From Curvularia clavata (lineage: Eukaryota): DNA of 64,000 bases. Positions within the stretch are counted from its first letter, which is position 1. Every line of letters begins with the position of its first letter. Positions 1-12,748 of the stretch are shown one piece after another. The notes under the pieces are model-generated. The model was not told the DNA's origin. It did not search any database and worked only from the letters and a program-made list of their open reading frames with translations. The DNA lies in contig CP089276.1 of NCBI GenBank assembly GCA_023920165.1, positions 3,410,001 to 3,474,000 on the forward strand, written 5' to 3'. The position numbers were made by a program, and so were the translations under genes.

Positions 1-971
1 ATGCAGGCGATAGTCAGATGATGTAACAGACAAGATACCAAGCTTTTCTTGATACGCCAAACAGTGAGCGGAATGCTTGATGCAACAGTTTCGAAGCATC
101 ATGTTTGGTGCATCAAGTATCTTCAGGGTCTAGAAGGAAACCAAGCGAGTGCCCGTTGTCCAGAACTGCACACAACCCACTTTGTCTTGCTTAAGGCACT
201 ATGCTGAATCCGAAAGCGGAATTAGTCACCAATGTTTGGTCTGCCGGTGTCACAGTTTTGGCAGCGTCTGGGAAAAGGTTTCGTTGGCCTTGGCGCGCGA
301 ACTTAACGCCTTCGCAGCAGATCACCCGCCCGGCCATGTGTCGAAACTCATTCCTAAACGACCCACATCCATCCAGGGATCGATGCAGATTTGCCGTGCT
401 TATCCAAAGCCCATTGGGCTTCTGCTGAATGATTGCTTGCAGATTGAAAATGGGCCCATGAGTCGCCAATATGCTGTGCGAAATACGATGAATACGGAAT
501 GCTGCGCGACAAACGGCAGATACGTTTCCAACCAATGCACAAGAGATCTCGCCTGCATGTGTTTTATCACTGGACCACTCTCGCACCAGTAGGAGTCGCT
601 ATTCTAGAAAATTCCTGGAATAGCTGTGTAGGGAGAAAACCCTCGAGTATGCTTTGATACGCGCTAGAGTACAACTATATGTGTCACCAACCTTCTTGAT
701 GCAGACAGATAACACGAAAACATCGAATGCATGATGCTGAGTAAATGTTCCCGTATCACACATGCAATACTATACAGCATGGCACGGCGTATAGCTGAGA
801 GCAAGGACGCAAGGTAGCGCAGGCAACGGGAGTGATGAAACATGCAGGTTTAGGCAGCGAGCCAATGTCGAATGATCAACCCGTTGCATTGACTCAAATA
901 CTCATGGCGGAGAGAAGCCCGTGGTCGGAGGCGTCGTGATCGCGTATAGTATCCGGCCAGTGACAGTCCCT

Positions 972-1678
972 CTACGGCCCCTTGTCCTGTGTAGGATCCA
1001 TACTTGTCTCAATCTTGCGAATAAAACGGGCAGGATTACCAGCAACCACCGTGAAATCGGGAACGCTCTTTGTGACAATGCTGCCAGCACCAACAACGCT
1101 GCCCTTCCCGATGGTGACCCCTGGTAGTATACATACGTTCCCGCCAATCCAGCAGTCCTCTCCAATGTGTATTTCCTTGCCAAGCTCAGGTCCCTGGGTA
1201 CCGTTGCGAAGGGCAGGATCAAGAGGATGAGCGGCGGAGTAAAAACTACAGTTTGGACCGACAAGCGTACGCGAGCCGATGGTGATCAGACATGTGTCCA
1301 GAAAGACAGAGTTGAAGTTGACAAAGATATTCTCGCCAAAACGGACATTATATCCATAGTCCATGGCTACAGGCGGCTCGATCCATGGGTCATTTTCAAA
1401 CAGCTTGTCGTCTTCTTCTGTTGGTTGTACTTGTGGGGGTAGAGGGGTCTTGTCTTGGATGATGCTGGACAAAAAGTGTGAAAATAAAACCTTGCTATTG
1501 CAGTGGCTTACACATACTCTCGAAACAATTCGGTTAGTTTCCTTCGTGAGACGTCTCCGGCCTTGTTGTATCTGGCACAGGCATGTTTGCATCTGGCCCG
1601 CTCAGCTACCAGCTCCGGTGCGAAGGCGTAGTAGAGCTCGCCTCTCTCCTTACGCGCTTTGTTTTCGACGGCATCCAT
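972..1678 (-). CDS. Maltose/galactoside O-acetyltransferase (hexapeptide-repeat, LbH family); 2 exons
   Basis: ATG 1678 (MDAVENKARKERGELYYAF), intron 1517-1465 (GTATGT..CAG). Motifs WIEPP..DYGYN, NFNSVFLDTC, IHIGEDCWIGGNVCILPGVTIGKGSVVGAGSIVTK and VVAGNPAR are typical of Maa/LacA/NodL. Confidence 0.93.
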
Positions 1679-2043
1679 GGTAGATTTATGCAAAATTGTG
1701 ATAGTCTGTCTATAGTTTGGGAAACGTTACACTGGATGATGGTTGAGGCCAGAAGTTGCGGGGATGAATGTCAGCAAGCTATGCCACGATGGGACTAGCG
1801 TGCGGATCTCATGGACTTCCGGCTGACAAGATGCGCCATAGAGAACAATGGTCAAAAGTCTAACATTCCTTCGAGCATTGCTATTGTCCTGCCCTGCTGC
1901 AACTCGGGCAACATTCCCGCAGTTGTACGTCTTTTTCTTTGGTGCTGTATAAAACCATGTTCGCAACACCGTCCTCTGCACTTTCGTGACAATACTTCGA
2001 AAGTCCCCGCACACCCCAACAGCTCCTCCCTACCCCAGCAACC

Positions 2044-2945
2044 ATGTCTTCGAACGGCTCCTCCTCGAGTCCCGATGTTTCGCCAGTTACAGATCGAACG
2101 GATAGGAACAGGAACGGGCCCTGGGCTCCTCGGGGTGGAGACAGGGTATCCCCGAATGGAGCCCCAGCTATCCAACCAAAGGGTCCGAATGCTATGCCTT
2201 TGGAGTTCTACCCTCACGGCAAACGTTCGCTCTCAGGCATTGCCGTGCGTGCCTTTTGCTTAGGCTGCGCTCTTGTGTTTGGCCTCGCCGGAGCTGCGCT
2301 TCTTGCATACAATGGCAGCCATTTATGGCGACCTTGCCTGTTCCTGAGCACTCTCTCCGTCTTCCATTTTCTCGAGTTTTACACGACAGCCGCGTACAAC
2401 ACTCCAGTCGCCAAAGTAGCATCTTTTCTCCTTACCAACGGCGATCAATACCGCATGGCTCATACCATGGCATTTGTCGAGACAATCGTTACGTCCTACT
2501 TCTTCCCTGGTTACCAGTCGTTCGTCCACCCGCCGTGGATCATCGCAACGGGTGTTTTTCTGGTGGTGGTGGGGCAGACTGTCCGCAGTGCAGCCATGAT
2601 ACAAGCAGGCACCAATTTCAATCACATGGTTCAGTCAAGCAAGAACGAGGGGCATGAGTTGGTGACACACGGACTATACCACTACTTCCGACACCCTTCG
2701 TACTTTGGTTTCTTCTGGTGGGGCATCGGTACGCAACTTATGCTAGGCAATGTTGTTTGCTTCTTGGGATATACCAGTGTTTTGTGGATCTTCTTCAAGA
2801 AACGCATTTTCCGTAAGCCACACTGCCTGCAAATGACAAACACACACTGACTCAGACAGACGAAGAGAAGCATCTGTTGGAGTTTTTCGGCGAAGACTAT
2901 AGAGCATACAAGGCACGGACGCGTGTCTGGATACCTTTTATATAG
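2044..2945 (+). CDS. STE14: Protein-S-isoprenylcysteine O-methyltransferase; 2 exons
   Basis: FHFLEF, AMIQAGTNFNHMVQ, HELVTHGLYHYFRHPSYFGFFWW. Intron 2813-2859 restores the terminal exon HEEKHLLEFFGEDYRAYKARTRVWIPFI*. Confidence 0.95.
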
Positions 2946-3142
2946 GATGTCGTCTTAATCTGAATAGCTTCACCGACGAGTGTCACTGATGCTGTAGCAT
3001 AGCGGTGTCTGGGTCATGTTTGATTATGCTCCTCGATCAATGCCTGGCCTCATTTTCATGCCCGACAAGGCTGTGTACTAATTATCTCCGAGTTCTGATA
3101 TCTCTATTTTACCTGTATTTGCGTCCTCTTATATGGCTAGTT

Positions 3143-3188
3143 CTCACTTTCACTCACTCCCCAGGTCTCACCTTCACTCACTCCCTGG
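3143..3188. repeat. Short imperfect 24-bp tandem duplication
   Basis: ctcactttcactcactccccaggt followed by ctcaccttcactcactccctgg. Confidence 0.7.
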
Positions 3189-3486
3189 GAAAAGCTTAGG
3201 TGAGAATGGGGTTACCGTGATTGGGCTTCAGTGAACGTTCATATGTTTTCTGTGTCTATCAGGCTTCTGTCTTCTCTGTGTTTCTTTCTGCTTCTTACAA
3301 GCTATGCACACTGTTGTGCAAGTCCGGCATCGGGTCACGTGGTGCTGGTTTGTCCATATCATGGTGAGGACCCGCTTGATTACCGTCACGCGCTAGACGG
3401 AGCAATCACGACCTAGCAGCTTTGCCACCTTCCTCACACAATCCCTCTACTGTCACCCATGTTTCTCTCAAAGCAGCACTGAGCAA

Positions 3487-5539
3487 ATGCCAAGCGACGA
3501 CACACTCTTTCAAGCTTCCTTGGAAGACTGTATTCGCGGTATCAAGAACTTCCCTGTGGACCGATATCCCAGTGGTAAACAAAATAGCTTTCACCTACAC
3601 ATAGCCTCGCTCGCTAACCATCTTTCAGTTTCATCATCCTCAACCGCTTCCCTCAGGATCGGATCCCAACAGTATACACCATCTGCCGCTGAGGCTGGTC
3701 CTTCTATCGCTATAGAGGTCTGTTCAACATATCCGTGTCCGTCTCCGCTGTCACCTTCGCGTTCTGACACCTGTAAACAATCAAGCTCGCCCCCACTGTT
3801 TCAACAACTTGCTGTTATGGACCGTTCACGATATGCAAACAAATCCCTGGTGTCTCCGGGTGGCTTGACGTCGCCAGCATCGTTGAAAGCGTCATCACGA
3901 GCCCCTAAACTTGCCGTCCAGCCCACAGAAAACCCCGGTACATTGAAGCTCAAGAAATGTGCCGTGAAGATGGTTGGAACTGTGGAGCCCAAGGGCACTT
4001 CGTTGTGAGTATTTATTCCTGTTGTCGAGAGGCTTGTGACTGGGTAACAAAAGATTTGACTAACTCTTGAGTTTAGACCTGTAGTGTTTGATGTCAAAGC
4101 GGCTCAGTCTCCAAAAGATAATGTCAGGCCTACTGATACCGATGCGCTTGGAGAACTTTTCACTCGCCTGAACATGAAGACGTCTGCGCTTTGCACAGTT
4201 GCCATGAAAACCGGCTCTGAACCCGACCAAAGCAAGGGCATCACCTCGGCTGAAGGTCGCCCAGACTCTTCGAAGACCAAATTGACAGGTCCAACAATTG
4301 CTGGAGAAGCGATTCCCAAACACGCTTTTGCCCATAAACAAGACTTGGAGGAATCTTCCCAAGGAAAAGGAGAAGCCATAAGCCCCACGCAAGCCGAGCT
4401 CGAAGACGAATATATATGTAAAGCCGCTTCCTACATCGCTGCTCTCCCAGACACCGTAGGAGGTACGCCACAGCTCGTCAAGGTCGTCTCGAGGAAGTTG
4501 CGCCAGACGTATGCTCCTGCTGTAGACATCGATCAGAAGAGCGCCGATGCTATCAAAGCGCGCTTCGCATTTGCCATCGCAACCTACATCAACAAAGTCC
4601 TGGGTAAAGGACCAAAGACACGCACACCTGAATCCATCAAGGAGACACTGAAGGATGTCGACGGTGACTTCCTCAAATTCTGTTCCATACTGGTAGACGA
4701 GAAATACATCTCTCTCGAGACACTCGACGATGTTGCTGGGCTGGTCAAGTACATGCTCGACATTCTTCCCAAAGCAGAGCCGGCTGTCCAAAAGAGTAAG
4801 CCAGAATCCATTCAGTCGGTCAGCAACATCAAGGAATGGCCCGCGCAGACGAGGCGCGAAAACCGTGAGTCAATATTGCTCTGTGTTACTTGTCCAGTAC
4901 TGACTGTTACCAGGAGCAGGTAACCGTACCTGTATACTGAAGGGTGTTGCAGCCGTTACCAATATCAACAAACTGCAGGCTTTGGTTTGGGGCGGAAAGC
5001 TTGAGTCCATCTCTATGCCAGAGCCCGGCTCATCCACCGCCATTGTCAAGTTCCTTACAGCTGATGGTTGCAAGAAGTACTACGAGGAGACTATGAATGG
5101 CATCGAGGCTGTCGGAGATTACCAAAAGTTTGTGGTGTTCGTTGAGCTTGCTGAAGGCCCAAACTCTACCAACGACGTCATCCAGAGCTGCATCGATCGA
5201 GACATTACCCGTTGTGTCCGAGCTACTGGAGATGTACAGTTTACCGGCGCCCAGCTTATGGATATCGCTCGAGGAAGGGGTCAGAGCAACAAGCGGGAGG
5301 TGGATTGCATTAAACAAGCAAAGAATTCACGCGGTGTAAGTTGCTCTTGACATTTCAAAGTTGAGGAAAGACTAAATGAAGTGCTTTAGTACAACTACGT
5401 CGAGTTCCGCTTCGCGAGCATCTACCACGCACTCAACTTTAAGCGCGAGCTTCTAGATGACGAGGACTGGGAGCACTGCAACATCGTTTCCGCACCAGAC
5501 CCATGTGAGCTTGCAACAGGCGTTCACTATGAAGATTAA
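3487..5539 (+). CDS. Uncharacterised protein with C-terminal tandem degenerate RRM-like domains; 4 exons (start could be 3817)
   Basis: Introns 4005-4076, 4865-4912 and 5336-5388 join the ORFs in frame. C-terminus RTCILKG..VWGGKLESI..AIVKFL..TRCVR..VEFRFASIYHALNFKRELL..W..C..APDPCE resembles fungal degenerate RRM pairs. Confidence 0.7.
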
Positions 5540-6299
5540 GGGTAGAAGGATGCTCGTACCCCTTCTTGTCGAGATGTATTTCGATCGTTGTGAACTTTAG
5601 AGATGGGAGGGTTTCTGTTGCAAGGCGTGTCAGGCTGACTTACTTGTACATGCCTTCGCCATCCATGAAGGTCCTCGCTGAAGATGTCTCAGGGGCAGAG
5701 ACAACGAGTTGACAGAATGGAAAGCTGGTTGATTGTATTATGACGCCGTGATTGCTGATAGCATTCCGGCTATGATGCTTTGTTAACCATCGTGGCTAGT
5801 ATCTAACAATGAAAATGATTTCACCAAACTGATCTCTCTGAGATAGTTGATCTTGTCATCGTGAGGCGTTCTAAAGAGCAGTGCGAGATTTGGAATCGTC
5901 GTCCATCCCGCGAAGAGGTATTTTCTGTTGGAGGCACATCTGACTTCAGGGCATTTAGTAGCACGGCATTTGAAGGCTCTTGAACGTCACACGAAGAATA
6001 CTTTATACTGTAAAGCCAAAGCAGAATCTATGCAATTAAGCCGGAATACCAGGCGCCCGCCACTCGTCACGAGGCGAGGGGGCGACCAACCGTCATTTTA
6101 TCGCTACTAATACAATCCGAGATCCTCAATAAGAAAACAGAAAAAACAAATATATGCGTGCCTCAGCAGCAGAGGCCCAGAAAACAAGTGAAAAAAAGGG
6201 ATGATAGCGTTATAGCAAGGTACTCCGCAACCGTTCAACGCCCGTTGCTACTACATGTCGTGTGTGCTACTGTTTCTCCTATGGGCCTGTACAATCGTC

Positions 6300-7167
6300 C
6301 TACCGGTTCACGGCCGTGAAGCTCGCATCCGTCATCTCAGTGTCGCCGTTCTGCGGTTGTGGGGCCGCTTCAGCTGTCGACGTTGGAGGATGCTGCGCAG
6401 CACCGGAGTGAGCGCGTCCTCGGCCGCCTTCTTCGTCGTTAGTGGTCGCGGCCGCGGGACGCTGTTCGTCGTAGGCGGGATCGAAGTACTGGCGCTGAGG
6501 TTGGGATGCGGGTTGCGCTGGTTGCTGGGGTTGCAGCGGGGGGAGAGAGTGTAGTGGAGGGAGTGATGGCGCTGCGACACCGTTGACACCGCTGGTAGGT
6601 GGGCTCGTGGCTGTGGCAGCGGCACTGCCGCCGAAGTTGCTCTGTGGTCGTCCCGGATCCGGAGTACTCTGCGCACTGCTAACGGGGTTCACGCTATGTG
6701 AGATCTGGCTTATGGTCCCTGTCCTTCCGTCTGGTCCTGGCCGTTCGCTCTCGGCACCCACAGTGCTGCTGGCGCCACCGGCAGCGCCAGGGGGTGGAGT
6801 ACCCTTTCTGTTGTGGCTCCGCTTGCTGCGCAGCGGCTTGTCTGTTGGAGTAGGTGGTGGGCTGCTGCTTCGGTCGCTATCATCGACGTTGTACTCCATG
6901 TGCTTGTTGAGTTGTTCGAGGAGAAAGGCGCGCTCAAGGCGCATCTTCTGGATCCCTCGGTTCAGACGGGTTATCCGCAGGCGCGTGCCGTCATTGTTGT
7001 CTTCAATATCGGTTATTCGGCGACGCAGTTCAATGCATTTCCGGTAGTAGGCAGTCTCGACGGATGGCGGCAGGTCTTTCGAGGCGATTGCGCGGGATGC
7101 TAGACGTGGCTGTTTAGTACACGGCATGGTTCATTGGCATGCGACGCGCCTTACGAGGTTGTGGCAT
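6300..7167 (-). CDS. IEC3: INO80 chromatin-remodelling complex subunit Iec3-like; 2 exons
   Basis: ATG 7167 (MPQP), intron 7154-7100 (GTAAGG..TACTAAAC..TAG). Coiled coil VETAYYRKCIELRRRITDIEDNND..KMRLERAFLLEQL..DSDRSSSPPPTP matches the IEC3 domain. Confidence 0.8.
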
Positions 7168-8584
7168 CTTTGCGCTCTTTGCAGTTTTTTGTGTAGTGGT
7201 TCCAAAAATTCGCAATCTCGTTCCAATAGATGATTTGGGTGTCGTGTTCGGTGGGTGTGATTTGACGATACGGAGTTGTTGGTTTGGGATAATAGAGTCG
7301 AGGGTTGGACGCGCTCATGTTGGAGCTCGAACCTCTGTGGGGCCGACGTTGTTCCGAATAGCCTCACCTCCTTTGGTAGCATGGCCTTGGCGCTGATGCA
7401 GTTCACGCGCACTCTCCAGATACTTTTGAAATTCCGCATCTAGACATGTTTTACAAACGTGTTGTATTCTGTGTTCTTCACTTGTCTCACCGTATATTTG
7501 GCGTGTTGTCAATCGTACCAAGGTTACGCGATGCATGTACGGGAGTAGTTACTCTCATCGCTACTAATTCGGTTATCTCATAACCCTAGATTCTCTGTTG
7601 AATTAACTTTCTACACTACGGCTGTAGCCGTATGCACTCTGAGTGGACCCGCCAAGCCAAGCCAGTCCGGCCAGACTTCGGATAGCAAGAAGCAACTGTG
7701 GTCATGAATCTATCCTACAGCAGATCCAAATCATCGACACTGCACCAGGGAGAGTTGATCAGAGTAAATTATGACATTTTCATTTGTCACAATGTGATCT
7801 TGTGCATGAATCATGATTGGGAAAGTTAGACTCGAACTAAGTGAGAAACTGATCATCAATCTCCATATGAATTAAGGTCAACGTAAACGCTCACATGTCG
7901 GCAGGCAGGCTGAAGGCTTTGAGTGACGTAGGACATTCTTCACTGCAAAACCTGGCAACAGATGAGAGGTAATGAATTCCAAAAACACCAACATTGCGTT
8001 GACGCTTCTTGGCTAATTCAACCATGGAAGTAACGCTAAAACCATGCAACCCATGCTCTTCCCTTGTTCATCGACAACTTACGTACGTTCATCTGCACGA
8101 AAACAGATTGGCTGTGGACCCTCGCCCAACGTCACTTCTAAGTCGTCAACCAAAGTACCACGAACCACCCTCCACGACATTGTCCAATTACACTCATGAA
8201 ACAATGGAAAGAACTCTACTGCCCAATTTTTCTTTTGGTATTGTTCACCCTGAACTCTGGCTGATTTCTTCCCACCCGAACAGAATATCTTCTTCGACTG
8301 TAGTTCTCATGATGAAGAAAACGCACAACAACAATTCTTGCTGTTAAAAAAACATTGTTCTTTGCTCGCGTGGCTCCAATATTACTTAAGACCGTTACAT
8401 CTTGATGAGCGCGAGAATCTACAAGTCACACTCTTACCGTTTGTGTCCTCAACGAAAATCACACGCAAGGGACTACCCTTTGCCCTACTGAGGATTTCTG
8501 CAAGTCACCCTAGATTTGCAACGCATCACCGTGGACATCCTTTGATTCGTAACCAAAAAGGACTTAACAGTCTCCTCGCCCGCT

Positions 8585-10325
8585 ATGGAAGCGCGTCGGA
8601 CAGCCGCTAATAATGTCGTCTTGTATCAGACCAATATCCTGCCACGCAAGCAGTTGCTCATTGTTTTTCCTATCCTGGCTATTTCGCAAATAGTATGCTT
8701 CGTAGATCAGACTGGAATAGGCGTCGCTCTTCCGAAGATCGGAAGAGAACTCAATGCTGAAGACACGATCAGTTGGGCAGGTACGAGTGCGCTGATAGCA
8801 AACACCATCTTCCAGGTACTGTACGGGAGGATGAGCGATCTATTTGGTATGTCGCACATCCTGTTGTAGGGTGGAACACTGCTAACACAACCTACAGGTA
8901 GAAAATCCGTTCTCCTTACCGCTCTTGTCCTCCTCGCAATGTCAGACCTTCTCTGTGGCCTCTCTCGCAATGCTACTATGCTCTACATCTTCCGAGGCTT
9001 CGCTGGCGTTGCAAACGGAGGTATCGTCTCTCTCTCCGCTATGATCGTATCCGACATTGTCACGTTGAAAGAGCGAGGGAAATGGCAAGGCATAATTGGA
9101 GCCTGTGTTGGCATCGGCAACATGTCTGGACCGTTCGTCGCGGCAGCCTTCGCCCAAAAGGATAACTGGCGAGGTTTCTTTTGGGTGCTGAGTCCCGTCG
9201 CCGCGGCCTGTTGCATCTTATGCATGGTTGTGTTGCCGACGCCGAAAGACCAACCAAGAGCGGACATTAAGACAGTTCTGAGAAGGATTGACTACGGTGG
9301 CATCTTCTTCGGAAGTGCGGCATTGATACTCTTGCTCATTCCCATCGCAGGAGGTGGCGACTACTTCGATTGGGACTCTCCGATGGTTATCTCAATGTTG
9401 GTTCTTGGAGCATGCTGTATGGTCTTTTTCATTTTCGTTGAGCACAGAGTAGCTGCTCTACCTATGATGCCGCGTAAGTCCCCCCCTTTTTCCAGACCCC
9501 AACTGCTGTTAACTCTTCAGCACAGTCTCACTCTTCAAGTCCGGTCCCGTATCCGTCATGCTCCTCCAGAACTTCTTCTTCGGCATGGTACTCTATTCAC
9601 AAGCCTACTACCTCCCTCTCTTCATGCAAAACGTACGGCGCCTATCTCCGCTCACAACCGCGTGTCTTATGCTTCCTATTTATGGCTTGCAAGCTCTATC
9701 ATCCATTACCTCAGGCCAGTATATCTCACACTTCGAGCGCTACGGGGAAGTAATCTGGACCGGTTTCTTTCTTTGGACTCTTGGTATTGGTTTGACATGC
9801 ATCTTTTCGCTCGACACGCCGCTGTGGGCCATAGCTATGGTTCTCGCCATTCAAGGCATGGGTGCCGGATGCGTATTCCAACCCGTCCTAGTCGCGCTTC
9901 AAGCACACTGTGCAAAAGAACACCGCGCCATTGTTATTTCGAATCGCAATTTCATAAGAAGCCTGGGCGGTGCAGTAGGTCTTGCAATCTCAGCAGCAGC
10001 CCTACAGAATTCACTGCGCAAGGCTATACCAGCTGAATTTCGTTCACTGGCACTCAGCTCATACGACACACCTCCTTTCGAAAAGCTAGATCAAAGGCAG
10101 ATACTTCTCATTTTGAAGGCGTACGAAACGGCGAGCCGTACGGTTTTCATCATGAACGTTCCATTCATGATACTGTGTTTGGTAGGCTGTTTGTTTATCA
10201 AGGATAGAGGGCTCGTAAAACCGGGAGAGGAAAAGGGTGATTTGCAGTTGAGAAACAGTCCGCAGATCAGAAGCGATGATGCGGAAAGTCGAAGTAGTGA
10301 CGGAAAGAAAGAAATTGTTTATTAA
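8585..10325 (+). CDS. MFS transporter, 14-TM DHA2-like (drug:H+ antiporter family); 3 exons
   Basis: Introns 8847-8897 and 9474-9525. Motifs DQTGIGVALPKI, SWAGTSALIANT, LYGRMSDLFGRK, IVSDIVTLKERGKWQG, NFIRSLGGAVGLA. Confidence 0.92.
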
Positions 10326-10522
10326 TCGCAGAAGAATAGTGCCTAGCGGTGTCCAGGTTTAGGCATTTAGTTAGTACCTTTCATTCTTAACACCACTGTC
10401 TCACAGCACAATTCCCAAGTTCAAAGTTCCTTTAGATCTTACTCTTCTAGAACTAGACTAGAGCGCAGCCTTTCTTTGCAGATGTCCAAGAAATTCTTAA
10501 TCAGGTTATAACCTCATCCAAT

Positions 10523-12179
10523 TCACATCTCTCGCCAATTACACGCCCTCTCCCACGCATATGCCGCTTCTAAGACCTGCATCTCCCCCCACCACTTCCC
10601 CACAATTTGCATACTAACCGGCAATCTGACTCCGTCACTCATGCCTGGTCCCTCTTGCACATCCAACATCCCAATTGGCAGCGCAAGCACAGGGTGCCCG
10701 CTCTGATTAAACGGCGCGGTATTTGCCGTCAGGCCAATCTGTTTTGCTATATGCTCCAACGGCGTCGCATCAGGTGGCGGATGACTCGTCGCCACATACG
10801 GCAGTGTGGGTGTAAGCAACAGATCATAATCATGCAATACTGCATTGTACGAATCGCGCAGCTGTCTCGACAAATTTGTAGCCTTCGCTAGTAGATTTGG
10901 AAACTTCTGTGTAGCATAGAGGCCGTTGATGTAAATGTTCTTTGTAGAAGGGTACGCTTCTTTCCAGTTCTGCGGGGTTATGGCGTCGTGAAAGAGGGTG
11001 TTGAGAGGAAGCATTTGGTGGGTGCGGCGGCCAAAGGGGCCACTGGTTTTGGAGAGAAACCCGCCTACTTTAGATATGCCAGTCCATATTGCGGCTCCTT
11101 TGGTGTGAATGGGGATAGATACTTGGTCCACGGTTGCGCCGAGGGAGGTGTATTTCGATGCGGCTGTGATGAAGGTTTGAAGTACGCGGGGGTCCATGGC
11201 GGGTGTAGAAAGTGACTCGGTTATGATCGCGAATTTCTTGCCCTGAAGAGGCTTTTCCATGGGGAGATTAGAGATGGAGCTGTAAATTGGGATCTTGGAG
11301 GGATGTGGTGCAGCAAAGGAGCGGTCATCAATGTTATCGTTACCTGCGATGGCCTCAAGTAGGACAGCGTTTTCGAGTACGGTACGTGTCATGGGTCCGA
11401 CATGGTCGTTGGTAGGCTCATTGCTGCCACAACCTGTGTACGGAACCAGCCCAAAGGTGGGCTTTAAACCAACGATGCCGCAATTGGCGGCTGGGACGCG
11501 GATACTTCCTCCCTGGTCTGCTCCAATAGCGCCGTCAACTTCTCCCAGCGCGACGAGTACTCCTGATCCGCTCGAACTTCCACCTGCACTGTAACCTCTT
11601 GCAAACGGGTTCTCGACTATACCAGTGCCAGAGGAATGGCTCGTCGCTGAGTGACACAGGTTCTCACAGACTGCTTTCCCTAAAATTCGACCTCCAGATT
11701 CCAGAATACGGGTAGTGACTGTTGCATCTACATCGGGAATGTAATCTTTGACGAAATTGGTACCCAGGAGCATTGGCACACCCTTGACAGCTATGTTGTC
11801 TTTTAGGGCAAAGGTCTTCCCATGCAGCTTTCCATTACCGTCGGATTTTTTGTCGGCTATATTGCATTTCCATGCCCAGGCCCCATGTTTGTTCTCTGAC
11901 GTCTCTGGGAAATATATATTTTCTCTCGGAAAGCGGTCATCATCGACACGCGGTACATAATCTGCGATTGTTCAGCTCATATCTGGCGAAGCATACTAGC
12001 TGTCAACTACCATCCATGGCCATCAGCTGCTCACTTGCATCATGAAAGACTGCAAGTAGGCGTCGATAGTCTTCCTTTTCTTTCTCTTCTATACTCATGC
12101 CAAGCTGAGAGCAAAGCTCTTCAAGAGTTTCTTTCGTGACAGGGTTGCCATGGCTTGCATCTAACGAAAATACAGACAT
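10523..12179 (-). CDS. Amidase-signature family amidase (CX3C type); 2 exons
   Basis: ATG 12179 (MSVFSLDASHGNPVT), intron 12010-11962. Catalytic Lys in ALKDNI, GGSSSGS, nucleophile in GADQGGSIRVPA, plus CENLC motif. Confidence 0.93.
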
Positions 12180-12748
12180 CTTTCTTTTTTACTCGATGAA
12201 TTTATTTGTAGTAAATATATTCCAAACAACAATCGAGCTGGCATAATGGCGATGTGAGATGCTTGATAGAGCTTCAATGTATTAACATGTTGCGAACATG
12301 CAATGGTATCGGACGGATGACATCCGAGGAAAGTTCCGATAAGAGAAGATATACAGTAATTACAGTTGTTATCCGGCGCGTGCAAAGGAGTTGAAGTGAT
12401 CCCCTTGAAGGAATGATAACAGCAATGTGGGGTTGGTCCCCATCATCGGGACGTTTATTCCCGATCAGCCAACCTGCCAGTTGTAACTCGCGGGACAAGC
12501 AGATCTTGATCCTAGACCACGCTAGCTCATCTTTTAGGCAGTTGGTTGTGGGTAAATAAAGATAAGACCATCGCGTTTAGAGACCTTAAATAAAATGTGG
12601 AAGTCTGACGAATGAGAATTTCATAAACCAAGAGGGAGTGATATCAGCACAACGAGACGCATCAGGCTTCAATTTGAACTCTGGTAGCGCTCTGACATAG
12701 TCTGAAAATACAACTGGATAGACAGCCAAAAATCCAAACATTCCAATC
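12180..12748. promoter_or_regulatory. Divergent promoter with two TCGG-N11-CCGA Zn2Cys6-type sites and several HGATAR (AreA/NIT2-type) sites
   Basis: TCGG-N11-CCGA at 12309-12327 and 12446-12464. TGATAG ~12264, CGATAA ~12337, TGATAA ~12414, AGATAA ~12560. Confidence 0.5.

Noticed and set aside
149..592. Overlapping ORFs of 60-147 aa at the window start
   Set aside because: No recognisable domain or consistent splice structure.
7581..7589. TAACCCTAG, close to a telomerase RNA template
   Set aside because: It does not match TAACCCTAA and no other TER elements were identified.
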